A DNA stretch of 64,000 nt, taken from positions 220,011 through 284,010 of the forward strand of contig JACKGE010000001.1 in the NCBI GenBank assembly GCA_020632155.1, written 5' to 3'. Source of the DNA: Candidatus Nomurabacteria bacterium (GTDB taxonomy: Bacteria > Patescibacteriota > Minisyncoccia > Phycocordibacterales > UBA918). The notes below the pieces were generated by a model, which was given only the letters and a program-made list of their open reading frames with translations, did no database searches and had not been told where the DNA came from. The translations under genes and the position numbers were made by a program. Shown in pieces: positions 18,918-27,119 of this stretch; positions within the stretch are counted from its first letter, which is position 1, and every line of letters begins with the position of its first letter.

Positions 18918-20061
18918 AAGCAAAAGACATACGATGCTATGCGCCTTTGTGTGTGGACTTTTTTTTGCGCTTAGTGGTAGTTATCTATACACACTCATTG
19001 CTAATAGAGCCGTTACACCCGAAGTGCGTCCGGTTGTGTATGATAGAGAGCAACTGGCTAACGGAACGATCTACACAACCCTTGGTAATCAACAGGAGTT
19101 CAATCAAAAGTATGCTCACCAGCGGCCATATTTATTGGAGCTGGCCGCAGATGGCACTTTGGTTTGGTCTGAGTCGACCGAGAGTACTCCATTTCATTAT
19201 CAACGACTACCTAATGGTACCAAGGTATACGCCCTACATGATATTGACAGCAAGCGGTGGTCTGCACACTGGCATGTAATAGAACCTGATGGCTCAAAAC
19301 ACATTGTTCAAAGCCAAGAAATTGACCATACTGACTTTCATTTTTTATTACCGACTCCAACTGGAGAGTTTTGGGTACCAGGGTATAGATTGCAAGAATT
19401 AGAAGGACAAAAGGTAGAGTCTTTATGGCTTGAGTTGCAGAATCAGGCAGGTGAGGTGATGCAGTCATGGGATAGTTTGTCACATGTGAGTTTAGATTCA
19501 ACGCAGGCCACAGAAACACGAAAATATTGGCTGGAGCACGATATCAATGATTATTTTCACGGTAACAGCGCCACTTACGCACTCGATGGTGCACTTCTCA
19601 TCTCGGCTCGCAATACCAACCAAATATACAAGGTAGACCCCCAAACCGGTGAGGTAGTTTGGAGGTTGGGAGGGAAGGACAGCGATTTCAATATAATAGA
19701 TGATCCTCTCGGTGGTTTTTCTCATCAACATACCGTTAGCCAGTTAGGAAACGGGAATATACTTCTTTTTGACAACGGCAATCTACACCAACCGCAACAG
19801 TCTCGCGTTGTAGAGTACCAGCTTGATGAAGAGGCGATGACCGCTACGTATGTTTGGTCGTATACCGAAGCTGGTCGGTTTTCGTACGCGGCTGGCTCAG
19901 CTCAGCGGCTACCAAACGGCAATACGTTCATTAGTTGGGGGCTCGAGGTTGATGAGTCAAGTGGTAAAGCCAAAATAACGGAGGTCTCTCCGTTGGGAGA
20001 GAGGGTGCTGGAGATTTTTTTTGCTCCTGAGGTATTTTTCTACGACGCCTTCAAGCTATAG
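18904..20061 (+). CDS. arylsulfotransferase (ASST)-like beta-propeller protein
   Basis: N-terminal signal/anchor. ASST-family blocks FHGNSATYALDGALLISARNTNQIYKVD..GEVVW and HQHT....GNGNILLFDNGN. Confidence 0.55.
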   Translation: MIITRSKRHTMLCAFVCGLFFALSGSYLYTLIANRAVTPEVRPVVYDREQLANGTIYTTLGNQQEFNQKYAHQRPYLLELAADGTLVWSESTESTPFHYQRLPNGTKVYALHDIDSKRWSAHWHVIEPDGSKHIVQSQEIDHTDFHFLLPTPTGEFWVPGYRLQELEGQKVESLWLELQNQAGEVMQSWDSLSHVSLDSTQATETRKYWLEHDINDYFHGNSATYALDGALLISARNTNQIYKVDPQTGEVVWRLGGKDSDFNIIDDPLGGFSHQHTVSQLGNGNILLFDNGNLHQPQQSRVVEYQLDEEAMTATYVWSYTEAGRFSYAAGSAQRLPNGNTFISWGLEVDESSGKAKITEVSPLGERVLEIFFAPEVFFYDAFKL

Positions 20062-20092
20062 AAAAACCGCCGACTACTGCCGACGGTTTTTG
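20060..20092. terminator. bidirectional terminator-like hairpin
   Basis: AAAAACCG...CGGTTTTT stem between convergent genes. Confidence 0.5.
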
Positions 20093-20116
20093 ATTGGACG
20101 GAGGCGAAGACCCGAC

Positions 20117-20440
20117 CTACTTGAAGACTTGGACTTGGTCGTCCTTCTCTCCATTTTTGTCTCGGGTCGAGAAGGTCACCTTATACTTCCCGCCGCCGAT
20201 ATCCTTGATGTTGATGGCGGCGCGGCCACCGGGCCAGCGTATCCGCCAACGGCCGTCCTTGACGCGGTCGGCCGTGTAGCACCGCCCCTTGTGGCAGTAG
20301 ATCGCTTTCTGGGCAGACACGACTCGCACCGAGGCGGCGCTGCCGTCGTTCCAGCGGCCGGAAGCTTTCTCACCGGCGGTTGCGGGAGCGGCTGCCAAGG
20401 CGGCAGCGATGGCAGCGACAACAAAGAACGCACGTTTCAT
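20117..20440 (-). CDS. GC-rich small secreted protein (hypothetical)
   Basis: MKRAFFVVAAIAAALAAAPATAGE signal peptide. About 63% GC. Sits between the ASST-like gene and sagB-like. Confidence 0.55.
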   Translation of the reverse strand: MKRAFFVVAAIAAALAAAPATAGEKASGRWNDGSAASVRVVSAQKAIYCHKGRCYTADRVKDGRWRIRWPGGRAAINIKDIGGGKYKVTFSTRDKNGEKDDQVQVFK

Positions 20441-20507
20441 GGGACTCTCCTTTCCCTATGTTGTGATGGTCAATTTATAACACAAATATATAATTTTTGC
20501 AACACGC

Positions 20508-21212
20508 TTAGTTTGAAAGAGTGAAAGTGTAGATTGGCTGTTCATCAAAAGGATCGAGCTCCAATACGTCGGTAATCTTTTCATCACGAAAGCCACCAAT
20601 AGGGCAGAAATGTAGGTTGGCCGTCTCAGCCGCTAAAGACAGATTTTGTCCAATATGACCTGCTTCTAGTAAGCAGAGATCATAAGCAAAATCAGAATAT
20701 TTTGGCGTATTTCGACTCCAGCGTGCGGTGAGAATTATGACTGCGAGTGCCTCGGTTTCGATGTCGGCTTTAAAGAGATCGTTAGTCGTTAGCTTTAGTG
20801 GCAACTCCCATAGTCTTTCCAAGACGTGCTCTTTGACTTGGTAATGGTACAGTGTTGGCCGAGCATCCGTCTCAAGCCGCGTACAAAGGTAGCATTCAAC
20901 GGGGTAAAAGGAACCGCCTGATGGGTATGGTCGGTGGTGATCCTTATGTTCTCGTAAGGCGAGACCAAACAGTGTTCCCAGTTGTTGGGGAGTTGGGTAG
21001 ATAGATGTGTCCGACCGGCGTCTTGACCGCCTCTTTTGTAGTAGTTCAACAAATGTATCAGTTGAAACGGGGTCTGGTAGTGGAATTTTTAGAAAACGGG
21101 GGTAGGTCTTACTCTGCTGTATTGCTGGCCAGAGTGATTCTGACGTGGCTGTTTTGCCTTTGTTAGTTCGGCGAATATATTGATGGATTCTAAGTGGCGT
21201 AAGGTTAAGCAT
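20508..21212 (-). CDS. SagB-type (TOMM) FMN-dependent dehydrogenase
   Basis: RRSRRR, YPSGGSFYPVECY and LLEAGHIGQNL..C.IGGF blocks typical of the SagB/ThcOx nitroreductase-fold family. The start is 9 nt after the ycaO stop. Confidence 0.8.
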   Translation of the reverse strand: MLNLTPLRIHQYIRRTNKGKTATSESLWPAIQQSKTYPRFLKIPLPDPVSTDTFVELLQKRRSRRRSDTSIYPTPQQLGTLFGLALREHKDHHRPYPSGGSFYPVECYLCTRLETDARPTLYHYQVKEHVLERLWELPLKLTTNDLFKADIETEALAVIILTARWSRNTPKYSDFAYDLCLLEAGHIGQNLSLAAETANLHFCPIGGFRDEKITDVLELDPFDEQPIYTFTLSN

Positions 21213-21220
21213 ATTGGTAT

Positions 21221-22669
21221 TTAAGCAAAAGGATGTGGGTAGGCTGTAAAGGGTGTAGGTAAAGATTGGTAACCAAATTTTTCTGGTACAGCGGATAGAC
21301 GTTTTCCCGTTACGTATGGTACACGTTCGTTTTGATGCATGGGTTGTAAATCAGGCATGACCACCATTTCAATATTCCAAGGAGACACGTTTCTTTTTGT
21401 TGAACCAACTGAGACTGAACATAGTTCGTAATTATTGTTCCTAGCCCAATTAACTATTCTTCGTAAATGATCACTCTCGGAGTCAGCCTCCCAGTTCTCG
21501 CTTGGGTTTGGTTCACTGGAGTCTGTTCCAGAAAGGAAGTACATATTACTAACTTGTTGAGGCTCAGCCCAGTAGTCCAATCGTTCAAGGTGGTTCAACT
21601 TCGACCCGTCTCTTTTTACAGATTGCTTGCCAGTACGAGACTGCCGATTCCTAATGGTTTGGCGTATGCGCAACGCTTCGAGCAGGGCTCCCTCAACGGC
21701 CGTACTCAAGCTATTATGCGCTTTAAGTCCTACCGTAAAAGCAGGAACATGTTCATGAGTGTCTTTGAGACTGGCACAAATTGCGTACGTTGGCGCATCT
21801 GTTACCATTCGAATTGCTGAAGGTTCAAGCTGGTATTTCTTGCACAACTCGAGTAGGCGTTGCAATTTTGGTGAAGTGTGAGCCAGATCAAGAAGGTTAA
21901 GTCTTGGTAACTTGAGTTGGTTGAGCCAAAGTATCATATAGGCATCACGTTCAATCACTTCTAGTGCTCCAGCAAGAACAGCTCCCTCACGTGTTGGCCA
22001 TGTTGCAAGACCGGTCGTAATCGGCATAAGGAGTATCGGCTCACGAGCGAGTTTTTTGTCACGGCAGCTATTGACCAGCTGGGCGGGCAAGTACAGCTGC
22101 TTCCCAGTGGTCCATGACTGACCCAAGGTCCAAGTGAATTTACTATCTGGAGCAAAAGAAAGCCGTCCATATTTTTCTCGTTGCTCTTTTGAGACGCCAG
22201 TTATTTGGTCCGGTGAGATGAACGAAATGGATTTTTTTTGCATCTCGTTTATGCTTGCGTACATTGGTTTTTTAAAATAGGAAGTGTCTTCAAACCATAA
22301 ATATCTTTCCACTGCTTCAGCCAAGGCAGCGATAAAGGCATCATAATCGCTGTCTATGGACATACCGCCGGCCCGTTGATTATCATGTGTGCCGCATGTC
22401 ACTGCCCAGTGGTATTGCAAGGGCTCATCATGGTAGCCAGTGATGGGACGATAGTTTTTTATTAGTTTGGCCTCAATCAGTTGTTGTGCTATGGAGAATA
22501 AAGGAATGAGATCTGTTCTTCCATAGGGTATATAGTTAGCATCGACTGTAACAGACGCATTAAAGTATTTTTCAATAAATGTTATCAAGGCTAACTTCGC
22601 ATCATCCGAAAATCCTTGCCTTCGTTTCCTAATAATCTCCGTTAACAGTAACGTATCGTGCATGACCAA
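21221..22669 (-). CDS. YcaO-domain cyclodehydratase (TOMM D protein)
   Basis: AEAVERY, ITTGLATW and ALEVIERDA motifs (ATP/Mg binding, ExxERD). C-terminus YPHPFA, like the PxPxP tail of azoline-forming YcaOs. Confidence 0.85.
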   Translation of the reverse strand: MVMHDTLLLTEIIRKRRQGFSDDAKLALITFIEKYFNASVTVDANYIPYGRTDLIPLFSIAQQLIEAKLIKNYRPITGYHDEPLQYHWAVTCGTHDNQRAGGMSIDSDYDAFIAALAEAVERYLWFEDTSYFKKPMYASINEMQKKSISFISPDQITGVSKEQREKYGRLSFAPDSKFTWTLGQSWTTGKQLYLPAQLVNSCRDKKLAREPILLMPITTGLATWPTREGAVLAGALEVIERDAYMILWLNQLKLPRLNLLDLAHTSPKLQRLLELCKKYQLEPSAIRMVTDAPTYAICASLKDTHEHVPAFTVGLKAHNSLSTAVEGALLEALRIRQTIRNRQSRTGKQSVKRDGSKLNHLERLDYWAEPQQVSNMYFLSGTDSSEPNPSENWEADSESDHLRRIVNWARNNNYELCSVSVGSTKRNVSPWNIEMVVMPDLQPMHQNERVPYVTGKRLSAVPEKFGYQSLPTPFTAYPHPFA

Positions 22670-22689
22670 TCGATTGTAACAGTATTATT

Positions 22690-23154
22690 TTGGGCCTACA
22701 AGATTCGGTGACAATTGGTAGTGACATGGCTACGCATGCTGGTTACAATGGTCTCTGTAGCATGAACAGACTTCCACCTTGTACGGTTTTATATCAAGGC
22801 AATTGTACCTTTTGTCGTTGGTGTATGAGACTGGTACTCAAAAACAGTCGAGAAGGGATGTTTACATTCATCCCGATTGAAAGTGAGGAGGGGAAGGCTC
22901 TCATTAAAGAGGGGTCTCTATCGATAAACCCTGAACATCCAGACAGTATTGCAGTATTAGTGTCTGACGAGAAGGTTTACTATAAATGGCAAGGTGGAGT
23001 AGAAATTGCTCGTCACACAACGTTTCCGTTTCGGTTGGTGTATTTTGTTGCGATGATGGTGCCGAGTTTTTTGGGAGATCGTATATATGACTGTATTGGT
23101 CGTCATCGGGCTCTGCTGTGTCGGTTGGTCCGATGTCGCCAAAGGCAGTCATAG
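22690..23154 (+). CDS. DCC-family (DUF393) thiol-disulfide oxidoreductase
   Basis: LYQGNCTFCRWC CxxC motif near the N-terminus and the downstream family pattern. The real start is probably the M of MNRLPPC at about 22762. Divergent from ycaO. Confidence 0.6.
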   Translation: MGLQDSVTIGSDMATHAGYNGLCSMNRLPPCTVLYQGNCTFCRWCMRLVLKNSREGMFTFIPIESEEGKALIKEGSLSINPEHPDSIAVLVSDEKVYYKWQGGVEIARHTTFPFRLVYFVAMMVPSFLGDRIYDCIGRHRALLCRLVRCRQRQS

Positions 23155-23207
23155 GAAAGGCCGCGAATCTTACTCGCGGCCTTATTGCAGGTTTCTACTG
23201 CTCCACC

Positions 23208-23573
23208 TTAGCGAAGATCTGGGTTTGGGTCAGTGCAGACGTCGATGAGGTATTTTCCGCTCAACCACTCGCCATCTAGGTGACCACTCACCTCCACCAC
23301 GTAACGGCAGGGCGTTTCGGGGAAGTCCAACGACAGCGTGTCGTTGTACCGGACTTCCGTACCGTTAAAGTCAACGCCCTGCCAAAGGTCATCGGCAGCA
23401 ACCTCGGGACGCAGCCGGACCTCTGTCCAGTTGACGGGCGTGTGGTTGGTGAAGACCACCCTAGTCATCTGTCCGTCATTGGTAGAGACGGTCGGTGTCG
23501 CCGCCAGCGCTGAGGCGGTTGCCAGCAAGCTGGCGATTATAGCGTGAAAGAACGATCTCATGATCTCCTCCAA
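23208..23573 (-). CDS. GC-rich small secreted protein (hypothetical)
   Basis: Signal peptide MRSFFHAIIASLLATASALAATP. About 62% GC. TTG or ATG start ambiguity. Confidence 0.5.
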   Translation of the reverse strand: MEEIMRSFFHAIIASLLATASALAATPTVSTNDGQMTRVVFTNHTPVNWTEVRLRPEVAADDLWQGVDFNGTEVRYNDTLSLDFPETPCRYVVEVSGHLDGEWLSGKYLIDVCTDPNPDLR

Positions 23574-23667
23574 AGACGATTAAGCGTACCGTTTACCGAC
23601 TTATATAATAGCACATTTTAATATTTTTGTCAAAACAAAACTTTGAAATAGTATAAAAAGAAAACCG

Positions 23668-23699
23668 GGCTGCTGGGAAGCAACCCGGTTTTGTCCGCA
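23668..23699 (-). terminator. rho-independent terminator after 23713-24060 gene
   Basis: AAAACCGGGCTGCTGGGAAGCAACCCGGTTTT hairpin with a T tract on the minus strand. Confidence 0.55.
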
Positions 23700-23712
23700 T
23701 GTCGCCGGCGGA

Positions 23713-24060
23713 TCAGAAGTTCATGAAGTGCAGGTGCGAAGCGACGACGTAGCGGCCGTCGAGTTCGACGAGGCCGAAACTGGCTCCACCCTCGCGGTGA
23801 GCCGTGCGGGCCGCCTGTTCGAGCAGTCCGATGTCGCTGTCGGGGTAGACCTGCATATGGCAGGCGCCGGCGGCGATGAGCGGCTCGAGGACCGACAGGA
23901 AGGCCGAATCGTCGGCCTCGGCCTGCAGGGACGGCGTATTCAGAGCCGACCCCATCAGAGCGCCGGCGTCGGTGACGTTGTCACAGGACACAATCTCGGC
24001 GGCCGCGGCGGGGAAGGCGCACGCGGTGACGATAAGAACGGATGCAAGAATCTTCTTCAT
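23713..24060 (-). CDS. GC-rich small lipoprotein / secreted protein (hypothetical)
   Basis: MKKILASVLIVTAC lipobox-like signal. About 66% GC. Confidence 0.5.
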   Translation of the reverse strand: MKKILASVLIVTACAFPAAAAEIVSCDNVTDAGALMGSALNTPSLQAEADDSAFLSVLEPLIAAGACHMQVYPDSDIGLLEQAARTAHREGGASFGLVELDGRYVVASHLHFMNF

Positions 24061-24192
24061 GGGGACCCCATTTGGTTGGTTTGATTCTGGCGATATTGCC
24101 GTTAGCTATACTACTACAAATAGGTAAAATGTCAACCTCAAAAAGGGCAGTTATACAATAACGTGATATTGGCTAGGCACAGAAAGGGTATA

Positions 24193-25875
24193 ATGAGGCC
24201 AATGAAAACGTATTTGGTATCCGTGCGCGACTTCATCTGGCGCCATCCGTTGTTGATAGCTCTTGGTGGGTTGGCGTTTGTCGCTCTCTATGTATGGAGC
24301 GAGAGTTTTGGTGTCGCAACTGGTTCGTGGCTGCCGGCAGTATTTGGCCTTGGCGGCCAAAGCGGTTCCCAGTCGGGTAGTTCTAGTTCATCAACTGGTG
24401 GCTATTCGACTTACTCAGGTAGTCGTGGAACCTATGGCGGCCGCATGACCCAAACTGAGTTTGGTGACTATGCTGAGAGAGACGGAGCCGATGTGTATCA
24501 TTATGATGGTTACTCAAAAGCGTATTATTCTGATGGCTCGACATCATCTTGGAGCAGTTCCAGCTCCTCCAGTCCATACTTATTGGTTTGGAACGGTAAG
24601 CGTTATCTGCATGAAAATGATTTCTTGTTTGGTAAGCCCACCACTGTATTTACTGATTATGCAGAAGGGTATACGGCGTACCGACGAGGTATTGGCGGTG
24701 ACTCGTATTTGGTACGCCTTCCAGTCGTGGAAGAAGACGGGAAACTTCGCTTCCAAATTCGAGAGATAGAACCAGAAGAGTCATTTATAGACCGATTTTG
24801 CTTACAGGCTATTGATTTACATCCTGACCAGATACCGATTGTCGACGGTTCGCTTGGCTGTGTACATGTATTTGACGCCAAGACAGCCAGCCTCGTAGCT
24901 GATCAAACCGTGCAACACTACCACCGTAATACAAACACCGTATCAGTTCAGACCTTTGCTGATAGTAAGGTACTGCGTGTACACGACCGCGGGGGTTCCA
25001 TGTTAGAGACTGGAGATGAAATCATCATTCAGATACCTCGAAAAGATCTGACCGAGGAAGCTTTGTATGTAGTGGTGGATTCCTACTTTAGAGATTGGAC
25101 ACTAGGTGAAACTGTACCCTTTTCATATCAAGATCGTCTCCTCATCTATTCTCGTGGTACGGCTCGTAAGTTGGCTACAACTGCCGCAGGGGTGAGTTTA
25201 CTCCTTGCCGGTATGGCAGTGACACAGACCGTGTCCGGTCACGCACTCCAGAATATCCTTGCTACTCCCTACGCCAATGCAGATGTTCCACCACCACCAC
25301 CGACGAGTGGTGGTGGAGGAGGAACAAGTTGTGGGGGTATGACAACGGCCTGTTCGTCAAAATCTCTAGAGGTGAGTGTGATGATTGGTGGCCGGCGTAT
25401 TTTGCTACAGACACTCTTTCCTCGACTGGTACAGGCTTCAAAAGAAGTGGTGTGTATACCAAAGGATCTTGTACAGAGTGTTGCAGACGAAGTCATTACA
25501 ATTTGCATTAAAGCTACCAAGCGCCACCAGGTCACGTTTGCCGGTGTTATGCAGGGGCAGGCAGTTTTAGCCGAACCGACCTTGTTAGGTAGACAGACAG
25601 TGGTACATACGCGGACAGGACAAGATGTGTCAGAGAAAATACGCCAAAAGAATGAAGACTTCCTCCATATTGTGCCAGGTGATACCTACGAGGTTACCGT
25701 GTCTGATATGCCTACTGTAGCGACTGGCCTACAGCGCCACATTCTTCTCAGTACCAATGGTTTTTATACGCGACTATCAGAAGCAACAAAGAGGCGCATC
25801 GGCGCTAATTGGTATCGTACATTAGCTCCTGAAGACAAAGCCATTTTGCGCAGCCTTAAACAAATAGGTGTTTAG
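24193..25875 (+). CDS. membrane-anchored hypothetical protein with Ser/Gly-rich linker
   Basis: ATG after an AAGGG RBS (the ORF-track GTG is at 24163). TM helix, a low-complexity GSQSGSSSSS stretch, and a PPPPPTSGGGGG linker. Confidence 0.45.
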   Translation: MRPMKTYLVSVRDFIWRHPLLIALGGLAFVALYVWSESFGVATGSWLPAVFGLGGQSGSQSGSSSSSTGGYSTYSGSRGTYGGRMTQTEFGDYAERDGADVYHYDGYSKAYYSDGSTSSWSSSSSSSPYLLVWNGKRYLHENDFLFGKPTTVFTDYAEGYTAYRRGIGGDSYLVRLPVVEEDGKLRFQIREIEPEESFIDRFCLQAIDLHPDQIPIVDGSLGCVHVFDAKTASLVADQTVQHYHRNTNTVSVQTFADSKVLRVHDRGGSMLETGDEIIIQIPRKDLTEEALYVVVDSYFRDWTLGETVPFSYQDRLLIYSRGTARKLATTAAGVSLLLAGMAVTQTVSGHALQNILATPYANADVPPPPPTSGGGGGTSCGGMTTACSSKSLEVSVMIGGRRILLQTLFPRLVQASKEVVCIPKDLVQSVADEVITICIKATKRHQVTFAGVMQGQAVLAEPTLLGRQTVVHTRTGQDVSEKIRQKNEDFLHIVPGDTYEVTVSDMPTVATGLQRHILLSTNGFYTRLSEATKRRIGANWYRTLAPEDKAILRSLKQIGV

Positions 25876-25896
25876 TCATAAAGAATCATAACAATC

Positions 25897-27054
25897 ATGG
25901 ATACGGAAATAAATACAAAAAAACGTTTTCGTGTAATGCTGCCGTTGGGACTGATGGTCTGTATCGTTGCCCTTCTGTATGCGGCTTGGTATGTGTATGA
26001 AAAAATCCAAACCGAACGTTCGGTTAATCTGACACAAAATGCATACATTGAAAATGAAGGTTTGTCTGACGATCTCAGTGACTATGAGCCGATGGGTGTG
26101 TTATATGCAAGCGCTGTTGTAGATCAAGGCACTACCACTACTGCAACCATCGTTGCCTTTGATCTTGCAGAACTCTCTTCACCAGTGCAGGTCATCACCG
26201 ATCCATTTATGTATTTGACACAGAATGTTCTTTTTGAAGATTCATTGGGATCTCCCCAATATCTGCTAACAACAATAACTCCTGACAGTATAACCTCGAC
26301 TGGAATAGCTATTCCGGCGCTGCATGTAATGACCGGAACAGAGGCCTCAGGGCGATCGGTGGTACGTGCATTTCGGGCTGCTCAAAGTGAGAGTTTGACG
26401 GGAGTGAGCCTTTCACCTGACAAGGTTCAGGTAGCCTTTTCACAAATCAGAGATGAAACGACAATACAAAACAGCAGCGAAGCATACGATCTTCGATCAT
26501 GGGAGACCGTTATTTTAGATTATCAGACCGGTGAGGTTCTGCATGTTATCGAAGGTGGCGCACTCGGCCAATGGTTGTCTCCCACTCGACTCGCATTTCT
26601 GCGTGTAGACGGAGTCCACGTATTTGATACTACAACCGCTGATGAGTGGCCGCTTATTCTTGCTCAACCTATAAAAGGTGATTCTACTGGCGTCAATATT
26701 CAAACAAATATGGCGGCCACCGTTGATGGAAGCATACTAATCCTCACTTCACCATACATGAATCGGATCGAAGTGTTTGCCGTAGATACAGCAGATGCAA
26801 GAAGTACGTACTCCTTGGGAAGAATTACTGTACCAGGTACACAGTTCTTTAGTCCGGTGGTAGCCCCAGACAATCGGTCGTATGCGGTGCATGCGGTAGC
26901 TGAAGACGGTAGTCAGTCACGAATTGAGATTCGTCCGCTCACGGGTCGGAAAGTCGTACAGACAGTAGATATACCCGATACAATCGGGGCAGAGGGTTTT
27001 GCACTCGATGATTGGGCCCTAGTTCGTGACCCGTCTACTGGTGTTGCTCAGTAA
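25897..27054 (+). CDS. membrane-anchored hypothetical protein
   Basis: N-terminal TM. No recognisable motif. Confidence 0.45.
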   Translation: MDTEINTKKRFRVMLPLGLMVCIVALLYAAWYVYEKIQTERSVNLTQNAYIENEGLSDDLSDYEPMGVLYASAVVDQGTTTTATIVAFDLAELSSPVQVITDPFMYLTQNVLFEDSLGSPQYLLTTITPDSITSTGIAIPALHVMTGTEASGRSVVRAFRAAQSESLTGVSLSPDKVQVAFSQIRDETTIQNSSEAYDLRSWETVILDYQTGEVLHVIEGGALGQWLSPTRLAFLRVDGVHVFDTTTADEWPLILAQPIKGDSTGVNIQTNMAATVDGSILILTSPYMNRIEVFAVDTADARSTYSLGRITVPGTQFFSPVVAPDNRSYAVHAVAEDGSQSRIEIRPLTGRKVVQTVDIPDTIGAEGFALDDWALVRDPSTGVAQ

Positions 27055-27119
27055 GAAAGAGTAGAGATCAGGCTGTCGTGTTGAGTTGTAGATGCACTCT
27101 AATCATCAATGTAGTCTAT

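Noticed and set aside
10387-23200. Integrase or transposase expected at the tRNA-Lys island boundary
   Set aside because: No recombinase-like ORF was found anywhere in the window. Mobility is inferred only from composition and the tRNA location.
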